From: the human T2T-CHM13v2.0 reference genome, Homo sapiens
Length of the DNA stretch: 64,000 nucleotides
Assembly (NCBI RefSeq): GCF_009914755.1
Contig: NC_060942.1
Reading direction: 5' to 3' (one strand)
Part shown: in pieces, positions 1 to 14,010 of the stretch
Numbering within the stretch: the stretch's first letter is position 1
How the letters are laid out: every line of letters starts with the position of its first letter
Notes under the pieces: generated by a model
The model's input: only the letters and a program-made list of their open reading frames with translations
Database searches by the model: none
Told to the model about the DNA's origin: nothing
Made by a program: the position numbers and the translations under genes

Positions 1-709
1 CTTTGCAAAAATTATAACAATGAGAAAATTACAACATGAAAGAGATCTGATCTAACCAACCCCTATCTTGCCTTTAACCTCCAAACTGCCTTTGGTCTTT
101 CCTGGGCTTAGGCTAAGCTAACTTTGGGAGAAATTTAGGTTATAGTTTACATGAGAAGAACCTTTCCCTAAAACTAAAGCACCTTTATAAAACTAATGAA
201 AGCCCACCAGGTTAGGAGGATGAAAGGGGCTTCTAGTCTGCTAAGGTGTAGGAGTAAACAATTACCATCCATTATTCGGGAAGTGACAAAATTTGCAACT
301 TCCCCAATTACTCTGGCAGATAACATTATTATAATAGAAAATAAGACTGGCCTTTTGGGATGTCGTTTGCTACTTTTGCATTTTTGACGACTGGATACCC
401 ACGACTCTTGGCTCAACTGCTCCTGTGGCCCCCATCCTGTAGCAGACTTGGTGCACTAGGACCGTTTTCCACACCCCTATGATTGCATCCCCAACCAATC
501 AGCAGCATCCATTCCCCTATCCCCCTGCTGGCCAAACTATCCTTGAAAAACCCTCACCTCCGAATTTTCAGGGAGATTGATTTGATAACAATCTCCCACG
601 TGGTATGGCCAGCCCATTTCAATTAAACTCTTTCTTTATTGTAATGTCATGGTCTCAGTGAATTGGTTTTGTCTGTGCAGTGGCAGGAAGAACCCATTGG
701 GTGATTACA
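1..709 (+). mobile_element. ERV1 solo LTR, LTR8/LTR8A-like (5' end cut by window edge)
   Basis: Starts CTTTGCAAAAATTATAACAATGAGAAAATT...GATCTAACCAACCC as recalled for the LTR8 family; ATTAAA near 620; ends ...GGGTGATTACA; clearly homologous to 49630-50658. Confidence 0.75.
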
Positions 710-3325
710 ATGGTTCTGGAAATTACAATATGCGTCTTTAATTTATCACAGTCAACCTTCAGATATTCTACTATTTCACAAATGATATATGTGAACCTTG
801 AGCTTGCACTTTGTGGATCTTGCTATGCCATTCAATCTCTGACTTTCTTTCTACCCTCGTGCTAATCAAGAAGCTTTCAGCATTGTCTCTGTCCCTCACA
901 CCTTCCATCATACCCCTGCCCCACTTGCTATAATGCATTATTGGCATGATATGAAACATACAGTATCAAGTCCATCAGTGGATGGGAATGGACTCACATT
1001 GCTCCACAGATTACAAAAACCCACCTATCCAGATTGAAAAACCACGTGATGAGGAATGTGTGTCTCTGTTAAAAATCCAGATACGCCCTGGGCCGGGTAT
1101 TTTCCATTTGCCTCTTCATACTCACTCTCTGCTCTTCTTCACCCTGCTCTGAGACCCAGGAGCTTACCTTTTATGGATGTTTCAACGGGCACTGCTTGCT
1201 GCCTCTGGCTTTTAGATGGGCTTGGCCAGTGATGGCCTTGGCTAGAGATTGGTGAGAAAGAGAAAAATGAGATCAGGGCATCTCTCCCTCTACCTCCCTC
1301 TGTCATGCATCTCTCTATAGAGCAACTCCCTCTCTGAGTTCCTGGACCCACGCTCTCTCCTTGTTCCTTTAGGCCTATTAGTAGTGGTTGCTTCCTTCTC
1401 AATTATTATCAGACTTGAAACGGTCCCCCAGTGTTGACGAGGATTGCATGCTGAGTTCTGAACAGAAATATATTTGTAATTAAACATTAATCAGGCTGCA
1501 CTTTGGCCCACTTCGTTGTTGCTAAAAGTCAGGTAGCACCAGGTACTGACCATTTGCATTTCCATTGTTCCTATAGATAGGATCTCTGAAGTTAGGGTCA
1601 TAAAGCTGTTGAAGAATTGATTTGCATCCCGCATTGTTCCCCTGTGTACTGTCAGTGGGTATTGAGATAAATGAAGGCAGGAATGGGCCTTTTTGATGTT
1701 TGTCACCTCATACTTACTCCAGTATCAACCAACAAAAGAAATAGCTGGTGACTGAATGAACAGAGGGCCAGTCATAGGAAGAATGGTGAACTGTGGTGGG
1801 AGGAATTTACCTGTCTCAGAGGGTAAGGGTTTTTGGTACATTTAAGCAGGACAATTGCAAAAATCCAAACAAAATTTTCAGACTGGTTTTCTAAACCTGC
1901 ACATGATTCATTTAACTGACAACATTTAATCTGCTGCATCCCAAGCCCAAGTTAGTTCTCATTGTTAAGTCTGAATTGATGGATTCTCAATGGGTTTGAG
2001 GGATTCTGAGGAAAACTACAGAGGTTTCAGTGCAGGACACGATCTATTTGCAATGGTTCAAAATCTCTTTCAGTTCCTATATTCTGGTTACTTGGATTGT
2101 TGGAGATTTTACTCACTGTATTAAAGATCTGTTTTATTCTTCTTTCTTTTTACCCGAGGCTATACATTAAGACGTACCCTATATGTTCCCCTGCCCCTCG
2201 TCTACAGCTTTCAGCTTCTTCTAGCAGGAAGTTTGGTTTTGCAACCCCTCTTGAGTTGGACCCTTCTAAAGTAATCTTGAGTTTCTCATTCCAGCCTCTC
2301 CAAGGACCACATCTATTGTTTCCCTAGTTTACATGGGTTCTTTTTCAAAGAAAAACACTGGATTGGGATACTTCAATGAAAGAAGTTGGAAAACGCACAA
2401 AATACAAGCATCTTAAATGCTTCTAGATATACCCCAACTAGATGTACCAGGTTGAATTGGCTTAGCAGTAAACTATATGTATGCTCACCTAGTAATAATC
2501 CATGTGTTTCTACACTTAAGAGATCCTCTGGACTACAGAAATAAGATGGAACAGAAGCACTGTGGCATAACTATGAGTGTTATATGCTTTATGGCCACAA
2601 GATGGCACTATGCACGCAGTAAAAGAGGCAAAGTCAATCTATCAAAGCTAGGAAGAAAAAAAAAAATCAAGCAATTTAATAAGTTCGTGAGCAACACAAA
2701 CTTGCAAAGGCCAATTCCTTCCTTCACTAATTGTGACCCTCTCAGATAAAGTGTGATACGCTTCAGAGTTGCCTGAGAAACGAGACCTGGATTACGGAAG
2801 TCTAATAAAACCCATACCACTCTTTGATGGTGAAATACAAAATGTCTTTCTGAAGGTCAGTCATGAGCCTTTGGTTCTATCAAAAATGCTGCACTTTGGA
2901 GGAAATGACGCTGGCCAATGGATTTACGAATAACACACTCAGCCTGCTGTGGGCTATCTTAAAGAATAGATGTTGACTTTTTCTGAAATATTAGATTCAA
3001 CTAAGCATATGTTGAATTCTCACTATGTGCAGAGCCCTATTTAGTGGCTTTAAAATTACTCAAAGATGAGTAAGGCCCAGACCTTGCCCTCCAGAGGCTC
3101 ACAATATAGTGGAGGAAGTAGTTACAAACAGCTTATTCTGAAAACCAAGACACTGTAAAAAACAACATATCAAAGATAGAAAGAAAATGCCAAGGCTGAT
3201 TGGAGAGATTAATTCTTCTTTTGATTAATTTCTCTTTGTCATTCCCAATTCCTCCAAGTTGAAGGGGAAAGGGAATGTCTAGGAGCTCTTCTTAGACAGG
3301 TGGGCTTTCGATGAAAATTGGAAGT

Positions 3326-4040
3326 TAATATAGTTAGGATACGGTCTATCTTAGTTGAAATGTGACCTCCAATGATGGAAGTGGAGTCTGGTGGGAGGTA
3401 TTGGATGATGGGAACCGATCCCGCAGGAACGGATTCGTGCCATCCCCTTGGTGATGAGCCAGTTCTCGCTCAGGTCGTTCACGCGAGATCTGGTTGTTTT
3501 TTAAAAGCGTAGCCCCTCTCTCCCCTCTCTCTTGATCCTGGTCTCACCATGTGATACACCCACTTCGCCTTCCGCCAATAATTGGAAGCTTCCTGAGGCC
3601 CTCACCAGAAGCAGATGCCAGCACCACACCTCTGGTTCACCTGCAGAACCGTGAGCCAGTTAAACCTCTTTTCTTTATAAACTACCAGCCTCAGGCCAGG
3701 TGTAGTGGCTCACACCTGTAATGCCAGCACTTTGGGAGGCTGAGGCAGTCAGATCACCTGAGGTCAGGAGTTCAAGACCAGCCTGACCAACATGGCGAAA
3801 CCCGTCTCTACTAAAAATACAAAAATTAGCCGGGCGTGGTGGCGGGCGTCTGTAATCCCAGCTACTCAGGAGGCTGAGGCAGGAGAATCGCTTGAACCTG
3901 GGAGGCAGCGGTTGCAGTGAGCCAAGCGCGCCACTGCACTCCAGCCTGGGCGACAGAGTGAGACTCCGTCTCAATAAATAAATAAATAAATAACCAGCCT
4001 CAGGTATTTCTTTATAGTAATGCAAAAATGAACTAATCCA
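3326..4040 (+). mobile_element. MaLR solo LTR (MSTB-like) interrupted by an Alu
   Basis: Motifs GAGATCTGGTTG, GAAGCTTCCTGAGGCCCTCACCAGAAGCAGATGC, CTGCAGAACCGTGAGCCA, TAAACCTCTTTTCTTTATAAA; homologous to 14869-15291. Confidence 0.85.
3694..3992 (+). mobile_element. AluS with (AAAT)n tail, inserted in the MST LTR
   Basis: Full dimeric Alu; TSD ACCAGCCTCA at 3684-3693 and 3993-4002. Confidence 0.95.
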
Positions 4041-4857
4041 GAGAGTAAGTAAACAGGAGGAAGGACCACCTAGATCAGAAGCTTACCTCACACAGGTGAG
4101 GGTGGCTAGCGGGTAAGGGATTAGAGGCGGTGAGCACAGCAGAAGGTGTGGGTGAAGAGGCAGGTACAGGCCACCCTGTGGAGGACTTGGAACAGCAGCT
4201 AAGGCTGTGGGACCAGACTCTTTATGCAGTAAAGAGCCACAGACAATTGTGAGCAAGACACCTTATAACCAGGTTTTAGAAAGAATCCTCAGCTGGAAGG
4301 AGGAGATTCTGCAGGAAGAGGGTGGGGGAAAGTTGAAGTTAACTCCAACCAAAGTCAACCTTAAATATTAACCTTTTTTTCTTCTGACTTTCATTGACTT
4401 TTCCGTGCATTTTCAGTGCCCTTTTCTTGCTGTAAAGTAAATTTTAAATATTATGTCAATAGGTCACAGAGGCAACAGACAGGCAAGGTATGGTTATGAG
4501 AAAAACATTTCCCTAAACAAAATTAGAAGACAGCATTTGATGAAAGATTTTTTTCCTAACTTGTGAGTTTGTTTACATAAAAACACTTACAAAATTAGTC
4601 AATCAAAATAACATGGAGTCATTTACTTAAAGAATTCCTTACGTTTAAAAATAAAGTACTTGAATATGGAATCAACCTAAGTGTCCATCAACTTAAGTGT
4701 CCAATTTAATCCATCAACTGGATTAAAAAACTGTGGTACATATATACCACGGGATAATACTCAGCCATAAAAAAGAATGAAATCATGTCTTCTGCAGCAA
4801 CATGGATGGAATTGGAGGCCATTAACCTAAGTGAAATAACTCAAAAACAGAAAGTCA

Positions 4858-5095
<238 letters not shown>

Positions 5096-5261
5096 TCACT
5101 TATAAGTGGAAGCTAAACAGTGGGTACACGTGGGCATACAGAGTGGAATAATAGACACTGGGGACTCCAAAAGGTGAGAAGGGAGGAGAAAGTAAGGATT
5201 GAAAAATTACCTCTTGGGTACAATGTTCACTGTTCCGGTGATGGGTACACTAAAAAGCCTA

Positions 5262-5590
<329 letters not shown>

Positions 5591-5914
5591 AAATTTAAAA
5601 ATCCTGCACTTGTACCCCTGAAATATATAAAAATAGAAACAGAAACATAAATAATAATAAAATGCATTTCTTTTACACATAAAACAAATAAAAGTAAAGT
5701 ACTTGAAATTAGACGATTCCAGAAAATTGTTGACATGTTTGTTCCCCTAACAATTTGGTACTTTGGTCTCCTTTATGAAACTGTGAAAGCTCCGAGCCAA
5801 AAGCTTTGTCTTTCTTCATTCTTGCATCTTTAGTACATATCACAATGCTTTATATATGACACGTGCATGACTATTTGTTGTTAATTGAATGGTATATCAT
5901 ATTTCAATAGACAT

Positions 5915-6750
5915 TTTCCCCAACATTCTATTGGAAAACTTTTCACACACATAGCAAACTGAAAGAATTTTCAGTGAACACTTGAATTTCTACCACCAAG
6001 ATTTCACTATTAATATTTTACTGTTCTTAGTTTATTACATATCTATCCATGTCTGTATCCATTGATCAATCCATCTTATTTCTCTTGGTGAATTTCAAAT
6101 TAAATTATAGCCATAAGTATACTTAAATACATCCATACGCTGAACACATCAGAGTTGAATTACAGTTCAAGATTTATTTACATTTTTTTTCTTCTGAGGC
6201 AAAATCACATAGCATGAAATGCACCAATTTTAAGTGTACATTTGCTAAGTTTTGAAGAATGCATACACCCGTGTAACCAAACCCCTTTCAAGATGTGAAA
6301 ATGACCATGACCCCAGAAAATACCAATACCTCTTCCTGCTCAGGCCTCATCTCTATCTCTGAGAGGCAATGACTTTTTTATTTAAATTTTTTTTAGTTTT
6401 GCCTCTCCTAGAACTTTATATAAATGGAGTCATATAGTGTGGACTCTGGAATAGACTTCTATCACTCAGCATAATTTTTTGAGATTCATCTAGGTTGTGT
6501 GTACCAGTAACACATTTCTTTTTGTAGAAAAGAAACTATTTTGCAATGGAATGCAGTAGCGTTCTATTGTATAATTATGTCAAAATTGTTTTTCCATTCT
6601 CATATTGATGGACACCCAGACTGTCTTCAGTTTTGTGTTATCAAAAATGAAGCTACTATAAACATTCATGTTCAAGCCTTGGTGGCCATATGTTTTCATT
6701 GCTCTGGGGCAAATACCTAAATTGCTGGGTCATGGGGTAAATGTATGTGT
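5915..6750 (-). mobile_element. Old L1 (L1MC/L1ME-like) 3' fragments, antisense
   Basis: TATATAAATGGAGTCATATAGTG, TCACTCAGCATAATTTTTTGAGATTCATC and TTGCTGGGTCATG are typical of antisense L1M 3' ends. Confidence 0.6.
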
Positions 6751-6825
6751 AGACATTTTTTAGAAGCTTTTTTTTTTTTTTAACAAAAATGCCAGGCTAT
6801 ACTTACCATGCTTTTTCTCTCCTAG

Positions 6826-7119
<294 letters not shown>

Positions 7120-8237
7120 CTGCCCCTGGACTAGCTTGCCAATTTAAAAGAAATCCCTGAGTAAGAGCACCCAAGGTCCGCTGAATGCCCTTCACCTCAC
7201 TCGGAATTCTAGAGCATCCGAGGATCTTTCCATTCCATATGATACACACCCTACCACACACTCAACCAACAGCTGACTGGATGAGAGAGGTACTGAACCT
7301 AAAAGTGGCCATCTGCAGGTTGTCTAGAAGCCCAAGAGATAGACTGTTCAAAGATCTGGCCACAATGGGATGACAAAGAATAATCAGTCCAGCTAACTCC
7401 CTTCTTATTAATTAGAAATGGAGACACTGGAAAGAGACATTTAGTTAAAAGTGGACACAGAAGGGAAAAGACACACAAGCAAAGCATTCTTCAGATTTCT
7501 TTGAGAGCAGCTAAATTGATGGTTAAAGAGACATGCGGAAATTCATGCTTTTCTAAGGAATGAGCTCTTTAGGAGTTTCTCTTGCAAACAAAGAGAAATA
7601 AAATTCCCACATAATCTGGAGCACTCTAAGGAAGGGTAGAAAAATCCATGTTCTTGCTAGTACAGGACTTAGAGTCTTAAAAATTAGAGAAATTCGTTTA
7701 AGATTTATAGTCTTAAAAATTAGAAAAATCCACCCACCTGATCCACATTGAGAAGCTGGAATGAAATAAAAATAAAGATAATGATTAAAAGGAATATTCC
7801 CTCAATATTTCCACTCCCTGCATCCCCGACCCGTCTGCGTCTCCCTCTACTCTCATACATACTCCAGTAATATTTGGCCAAAAGTAGAAGCCAGGGGGTT
7901 AGAAAAAGAAATAGGATAAACCAAGACAAACTATCAAGGAAGTAAAAGGAACATAGAGGCAAACAAAATCCTCATGTCTCTTTCCCCCTCCTCCTGACAT
8001 AGCCCTGATAACTAGGGAGGAAGAGCATCTGCTACCGGGTGCATCCTCTGAACATTCCAATGACCCGACCCATGGAAAGAGAACCAAATTCTTCAGCCCA
8101 GCTTCTAGGATCTTACCTCAAGAGAGTCTTAAAATTATGAAAAGATATGTATATAAGGATGTTTGCTACTATGTTGTTTATCATGTAAAAATTGTAAACA
8201 GCAGGTTATTGGTAGAGTTCCTTCAAAATGAGCTGTG

Positions 8238-8545
8238 GGCCGGGTGTGGTGGCTCACACCTGTAATCCCAGCACTTTGGGAGGCCAAGATGGGAGGATTA
8301 CCTGAGGTCAGGAGTTCAAGATTAGCCTAGCCAACACGGTGAAACCCCATCTCTACTAAAAATACAAAAAGTTAGCCATGTGTGGTGGCGGATGCCTGTA
8401 ATCCCAGCTACTGAGGTGGCTGAGGCAGAAGAATTGCTTGAACTCGGGAGGCGGAGCTTGCAGTGAGCCGAGATCATGCCACTCCTCTCCAGCCTAGGTA
8501 ACAGAGCGAGACTCCATCTCAAAAAAAAAAAAAAAAAGAAAAAAA
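8238..8545 (+). mobile_element. AluS
   Basis: GGCCGGGTGTGGTGGCTCACACCTGTAATCCCAGC to polyA; explains ORFs 8322-8522 and the start of 8476-8835. Confidence 0.95.
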
Positions 8546-10485
8546 TCAGCTCTGTGCAGTGCTACATGTGGATTAATGAAGCATTGAAAGTTACAACCCT
8601 TTTGGTAATTGCAAGGGAACCTGGAATAGATCTACCCACCATGCTATCTGACCTTTCTAAACTTGTGTGTCAGTTGCAAGGTTTATTGGTCCACTTTTTA
8701 GATGAGCAAGCCAAAGGTGAGGTTCATGCAACTGTGGCACACCTATACACAGGTAAAGCTTTCGGACACAGTGGCCTCTGTTACTCAAGGGTTCTTACCC
8801 CAGTCAAAGGGTGTTCTACTGCAAGTAGTTCTTAAGAGAGAAAATTCAATGTGCATTTCCCTTTGGAATAATAATACTCTGAAGCACAGAGAGAACCTGG
8901 CACACGACAAGGGTGATGGTGATCACACCACTAGTAAAGAATCCAGTATGCACTGGGTACCTTCTCTGGACAGGCCCTATGCTGAGCATTTCTCATACTA
9001 TTGTCTGATTTGATCCTCACAACAGTCCTAGTGATCAGTACTATCTATTATTTTGCCCCCATTTGATGGGTGAGTTGGAGAAGCTATACAATATATAAAG
9101 CTGGTGGTTTGTCTCTTGGCTTTTGCATCATCAGACAGTTCACCCCAACTAAAGAAATGATGACGGGAACAAGAAAAAAGCCAAGGTTAAGGGCACTTCA
9201 GAACTTCAGAAAAACATTTGTTGCCTCTTCCAATTTTTGGATTTGTTGGGACAGAGAAAGGCTGTTTAAAAACAATTCAAGAGCCAAAGACATACAAGTG
9301 TTTGTTTGTTTGTTTTTCTTTAAATGCCCTAAGCTATTTTTCATCTCTAAAAAAAAGCACAGGGTAGAAATTTCCATTCACCTGTGACTGGCTAATCTTT
9401 AGCGATCACTTAGCAACTGGGTAACAAATGGAGGTTGGCAAAGCCCAGCTGATTAGCATTCTTTTTTAGTCAAAAGATCAGAGTTATCACAAGGCACGGC
9501 CAACAGCTCTGAGGCTTACAGGCGATGGAAAGGTCAGACAAAGTCGCTGTTCGTTTTGTTTGTCTTTTTTTTTTCCTTCAGAGCAAAACAAGTTTTCTTT
9601 GTTTATTTGGTTTAAAAAACTCATAAGATCTTTGCAAGAGAACAGATCCTGGACTGTGGGAAGGGTCCCCAGCTTGCTCAGTAGAGCTTCTCAGTTTTTC
9701 TATCTCTACAGAAATCTACATCAGCCCATAATGAAGATCGGCTATGAAATGCTTTGAAGTCTCTACAAAAAAATTAATTGTACAATAGATTTTCACCAGT
9801 GGAGCAAATAACAGCAATAATTTGCAATAAGTGAGGAAAACACATTTACAATCACAAAGAGAATTAAAAGAAGCTTGAGAGACCAACTAGTCCAATCCTC
9901 CCATTAGGACATACCTCCCGACCAGTGAAAGGAGGAAGGGGGCCACTATGTATCATTCTTGGTTATCCACTCCCAGGGTTCACAGCATCTGTATCAGGAA
10001 GTTCTTTCTTAAGTTTCACTGGAGTCCCTCTTGCTACTATTTCCAGCTAATCTCTTCTTGTAACTCTTCATAAAAGAGGCATCAATCTTTCTTAAGAGCT
10101 ATCTTAGTCTTGCTTGATGTGCGTAATGAATTCATGAAGACCTTTCTCTTCTCCAGGTTCAATTTTTAAATCCACTGGGGCTGGCAGCAGGACTGGACTT
10201 TCTAAGTCCTGAACATAGAAAGATTTATAACACAGCCCTTGGCTGCAAGGAGCTTATGTTTTCATGGGGTAAAGTAGATGTTTAAAGAAATGATGGCAGC
10301 AGAGTGTTATTGTGTAAAGTTCTGACATTCTTTGTTTTTGAAACTTTGCATTTTGATATCTGTCCATTCAAGATTACCCTATTTTTCCATTTCAAAATTT
10401 TAGCTATATTTTTGTTACAAAATTTAATTCTTCATTCCACTGATGGGGTTGGGGTGGGGGGGTGGGGTGCAGGAATAATAGAATG

Positions 10486-10504
10486 GGCCTGCCATCTAGT
10501 GGCA
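10486..10504 (-). promoter_or_regulatory. Candidate CTCF binding site
   Basis: Minus strand reads TGCCACTAGATGGCAGGC, a near-ideal match to the CTCF core CCAC(C/T)AG(A/G)(T/G)GGC(A/G). Confidence 0.65.
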
Positions 10505-13500
10505 AAATGAGACAAAAAGAACACCAAACTGTACCAGCATCCTTGTATCTATAAGGAGGAGAACAAGGAATATATTTCCTGGATTCAAGGTATCAAAAAT
10601 TGTAAGATGCACCATTGGTTTAGTAAGGGAACAAAAAGACCAAAAATGGAAACAAATACAACAAATATATACATCACCTGGATTTTAGAAATGCTAGGAG
10701 AAGTGAGGGGCATCTTAAGGAAATATGCTCATTTTTCACTACTTTCTCTCTAACAGTTGGCAGCTGATGATGAGTAGTGAGTGCAGCTAACGATGGGGAT
10801 TACCATGCACCCAGTCCCTGCTGTATGCTGAATATTTCACAATTGTCCACAAAAGGGATATCATTTTAGCCATTTAACACCTGGAGAATGGGAGGCTCAA
10901 GAAAGGATCCACTCTTGACCTTAGAGCCAGCATTTAAACTCAGGAGGCTGGCTTACAGAGTTCACAATTGTTCTACTCTCCTAAGCTCCCTTCTGCTTTC
11001 TCTGCAAACCCTAGTGCTTCCCCGCTGCTTTCCTTGAACTCTCTCCTAGACACACAGACAAGGTCTGATGACTCCAATTATTGGACTTCCCCGCATACTC
11101 CAGTTCACTCCCCTCTCCTGGATCAGATCCATGAGGCTGTTAGCTCCTGAAACTGTTCCACCTCAGAAACCTCTATCTCAAGCCCCAGGGTATGGCTCTA
11201 TTCCCATCACCTCTTCTCTTCCACTTTCTAGTGATTTCTAGAAAACCTTTCCTCCCTGCTTACAGATGCCCCCTAACTTGCAGACACCCTCTAAGTGGTC
11301 CTGAGATAGCAACCTGATTCCTTCACAGCCTTGGCATGAAATTTAGGAAGCCAGGAGTGTCCCAGAGGGCAACATGGAGATGCAGAGAGAACAGGTGGCT
11401 CAGGGGAGGCCTAGGGTCAGGAATTGAGTCCAGAGAGGGTGGCCCCCTCATCAATAGAGGCAAAACATCAGGGGCCTTGAAATTCAGCAGCAAGTCTCAG
11501 CATATTGGTCCAAAGGACAAGTGCAATTAGACACATCTCAAGAAAGAATGGTGCGGAACATTCGGGGACAGCCTCTCTATTCCACAGCAGAGACCAGCAT
11601 GCTGGGAGAGGCCCGTCCCACCAGGAGTATGGGTAGGTCTCTCCCTGCACCCAGAGGCATTTTAGGAAAACAGGAGGGAGATGCAAGACAGCTTAAGTTA
11701 ACCCAGAAATGACTACTTTAAACCATAAGAAACAGAATATTCTTGCTTTGGCAAGTTTAAATAGTATCCCACCCCAGCCTCCAGCATTGGTAGAAATGGG
11801 GCTCTAAACAGCAGTTACAGAAGACAAATGAAGGCCAAATCTATGCAGATTTGAATAACAGCATGTATCTATCAGCATGTATTCAAGAAAGTAGAGTCAC
11901 TGTGGATATCGTGGAAGAAGAGACAGGATAGGGATTAGACCTGACACAATTGTGGGAGAAGCTGGGAAGGCAGAGATCTGGAAGGGGAAGTGAGAGTATC
12001 AGAAAACTCACTGTCCAGTCCTCCTGAAGCCCTGGCCAAGTGTATTGATCAGAGCTTGCTAGAGATCAGGGAAGGAAGGCCAAGTGCTGTTGGGCTGCTG
12101 AAACAGGATGACAGTAGGGGAGCTGGGATGTGTGGGTAGGGAGTGTTGGCCACTGCAGGTCTACGGCCAAGTGGCTGGTGGTGGGCCAACAATCAGAAAG
12201 AAGACCTGGACATGGAGAGGAACAGAGCAAAGACGGGCTGGGACCCACAGGGCATTGCCCATCTGATAGTCACGATATCAGCCTGCAAAGGGATCCAGAG
12301 AAAAACGACCACTATTTCTCTTCTGCCTCTCAAACCTCATGCAAGTGTCTCTTTTGGCCAACTCTATTTAGGATCCATAGAGGGAAGGGATTCTGAAAAA
12401 CACAGTTCCTAACATAGCCAGAGGTGACTGTGGAACAATCCAGCACACTGAGTACATTTCAATCCTGCTCCAGGATTTATAGCTTTAAAGTTATTACACA
12501 TATGAACACGTGGCAGCGCCAAATAGCACTGGTTGAATTCAGAGAAAGCCATGGAAAAGGTGACTCTGGAAGTGGACCCGATATATTTTCTATCTAAAAT
12601 TTTTTTCATGCACTGAACATTCATCACATAGTAGCTGACGTGTAACAGATTCTCCGATGAGCAATATAATTCATTACCTACACATGCTGTGCTGATACCA
12701 ACATTTTCCCCAAACCTTCCTTCTTCCTTAGTAGAGAGTTCTCAACCAGGATCTGCCACCTCCAGTTATTCACAAACAGTGGCGGAAGAGAAAATTCCAA
12801 GCTTCCTGTGTGCCTCGCATTCAGGGTTTCAAGAACAGTTCTGGTGAATCAATAACTGTTCTTTCAACAAGGATGGAGAGCAATTGAAAAGGTTGGCTGT
12901 GACATGAAATTGCAGTGTGGCTGCAATTTCCTTGTATTTTCTAAACAAGACCTTAAAGGCTCCAGAACATTGAAACGCTGTGGGTGTCATTCACTCTTAC
13001 AATAGCCATTTCCTTGGACCGTCTTCCTTTCTGGATGATAAAAGCCCAAAATGCCAGGCACTGGCTGTCCTACCATCACACATAGCCAGGACCTGCCTTG
13101 TGTCCCAATCCTGGCTCCCAGCATCAGAGGGAAAGTTGTGAAAAGGTGCTGCTTTCTCCCAGATAAAAAGAAACATCCTTTTCCCTCCTCAGGCTTCTGC
13201 AGAAGACAGCTCTGGTGGCCGTGTTGAGAGCTGTGAGAGAAGTCAGGAGAATCACAGAGAAGCAAAACCCAGCCCTGTGACACTGCTGACATTGTGAGAC
13301 AACCTGCAACCACCCACTGCTTGATTCCTCTCATGCCAGATGATCAAGCCACTCTTGGGCCTGATACATTTTTAACGTTTCCAGTTTTGCAAGGGATTCA
13401 CTGCTTTTTCGCAGCCCACTGGACTTAACTAGAGTGCCCAAGCAAGCCCACTTAGGGCCACAGAAAAACCCACGTGCTCTGTATGCAATCTCCATGCTTT

Positions 13501-13887
13501 CCTCAGGCTGCCTCTCATGTTTTCTGCCAGACTCTGCCGTCTCCTGGCTTTGCTACTTTCTGTTGCCAGAGATTTGCTCTGAACCTTGGCTTCTGCTGAC
13601 TCAATCATCAGGCTTTGGATGTATTAACACAACTTTGCCCTTTGTTCTCCTTCAGAATAAGAAGTCCATTTCCTGCCCCATGCATCCTTTCACCCCAGGT
13701 AACCTCATGCCCCAGCCTTGACACTGCCAAGCTGGGTCTACCTCATGCCCACCAAACCTGTCCCAACCCACTCCTCCTATGGGCATAAAATAGATGAATG
13801 GAGACCACGTGGAACTAGTCCATAGGACTGTGTATAACAAAGCTTCATGGGAATTTTTCTAGGGTCACAATATATTTTCAGTTGAAC

Positions 13888-14010
13888 GCACGGTGATTCA
13901 CGCCTGCAATCTCAGCACTTTGGGAGGCCAAGGCAGAAGGACCACTTGAGGCCAGGAGTTCGAGACCAGCCAGGGCAATATAGTGAGACCCTGTCTCAAA
14001 AATTAATAAA
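13888..14010 (+). mobile_element. Alu monomer (FLAM/AluJ left arm)
   Basis: GCACGGTGATTCACGCCTGCAATCTCAGCACTTTGGGAGG...GAGACCCTGTCTCAAAA; no right arm. Confidence 0.85.

Noticed and set aside
1-3430. DSG2-AS1 lncRNA exons on the minus strand
   Set aside because: Location comes only from memory of the locus; exon boundaries cannot be derived from the sequence, so it is not listed as a feature
3675-4025. 116-aa minus-strand ORF and similar ORFs (8322, 20510, 41077, 43575, 50013)
   Set aside because: Typical Alu-derived translations ([19 protein letters not shown]), not genes
7673-7724. 16-bp direct repeat AGTCTTAAAAATTAGA with a 20-nt spacer, superficially CRISPR-like
   Set aside because: Only two copies in AT-rich eukaryotic DNA with no cas genes; a simple local duplication
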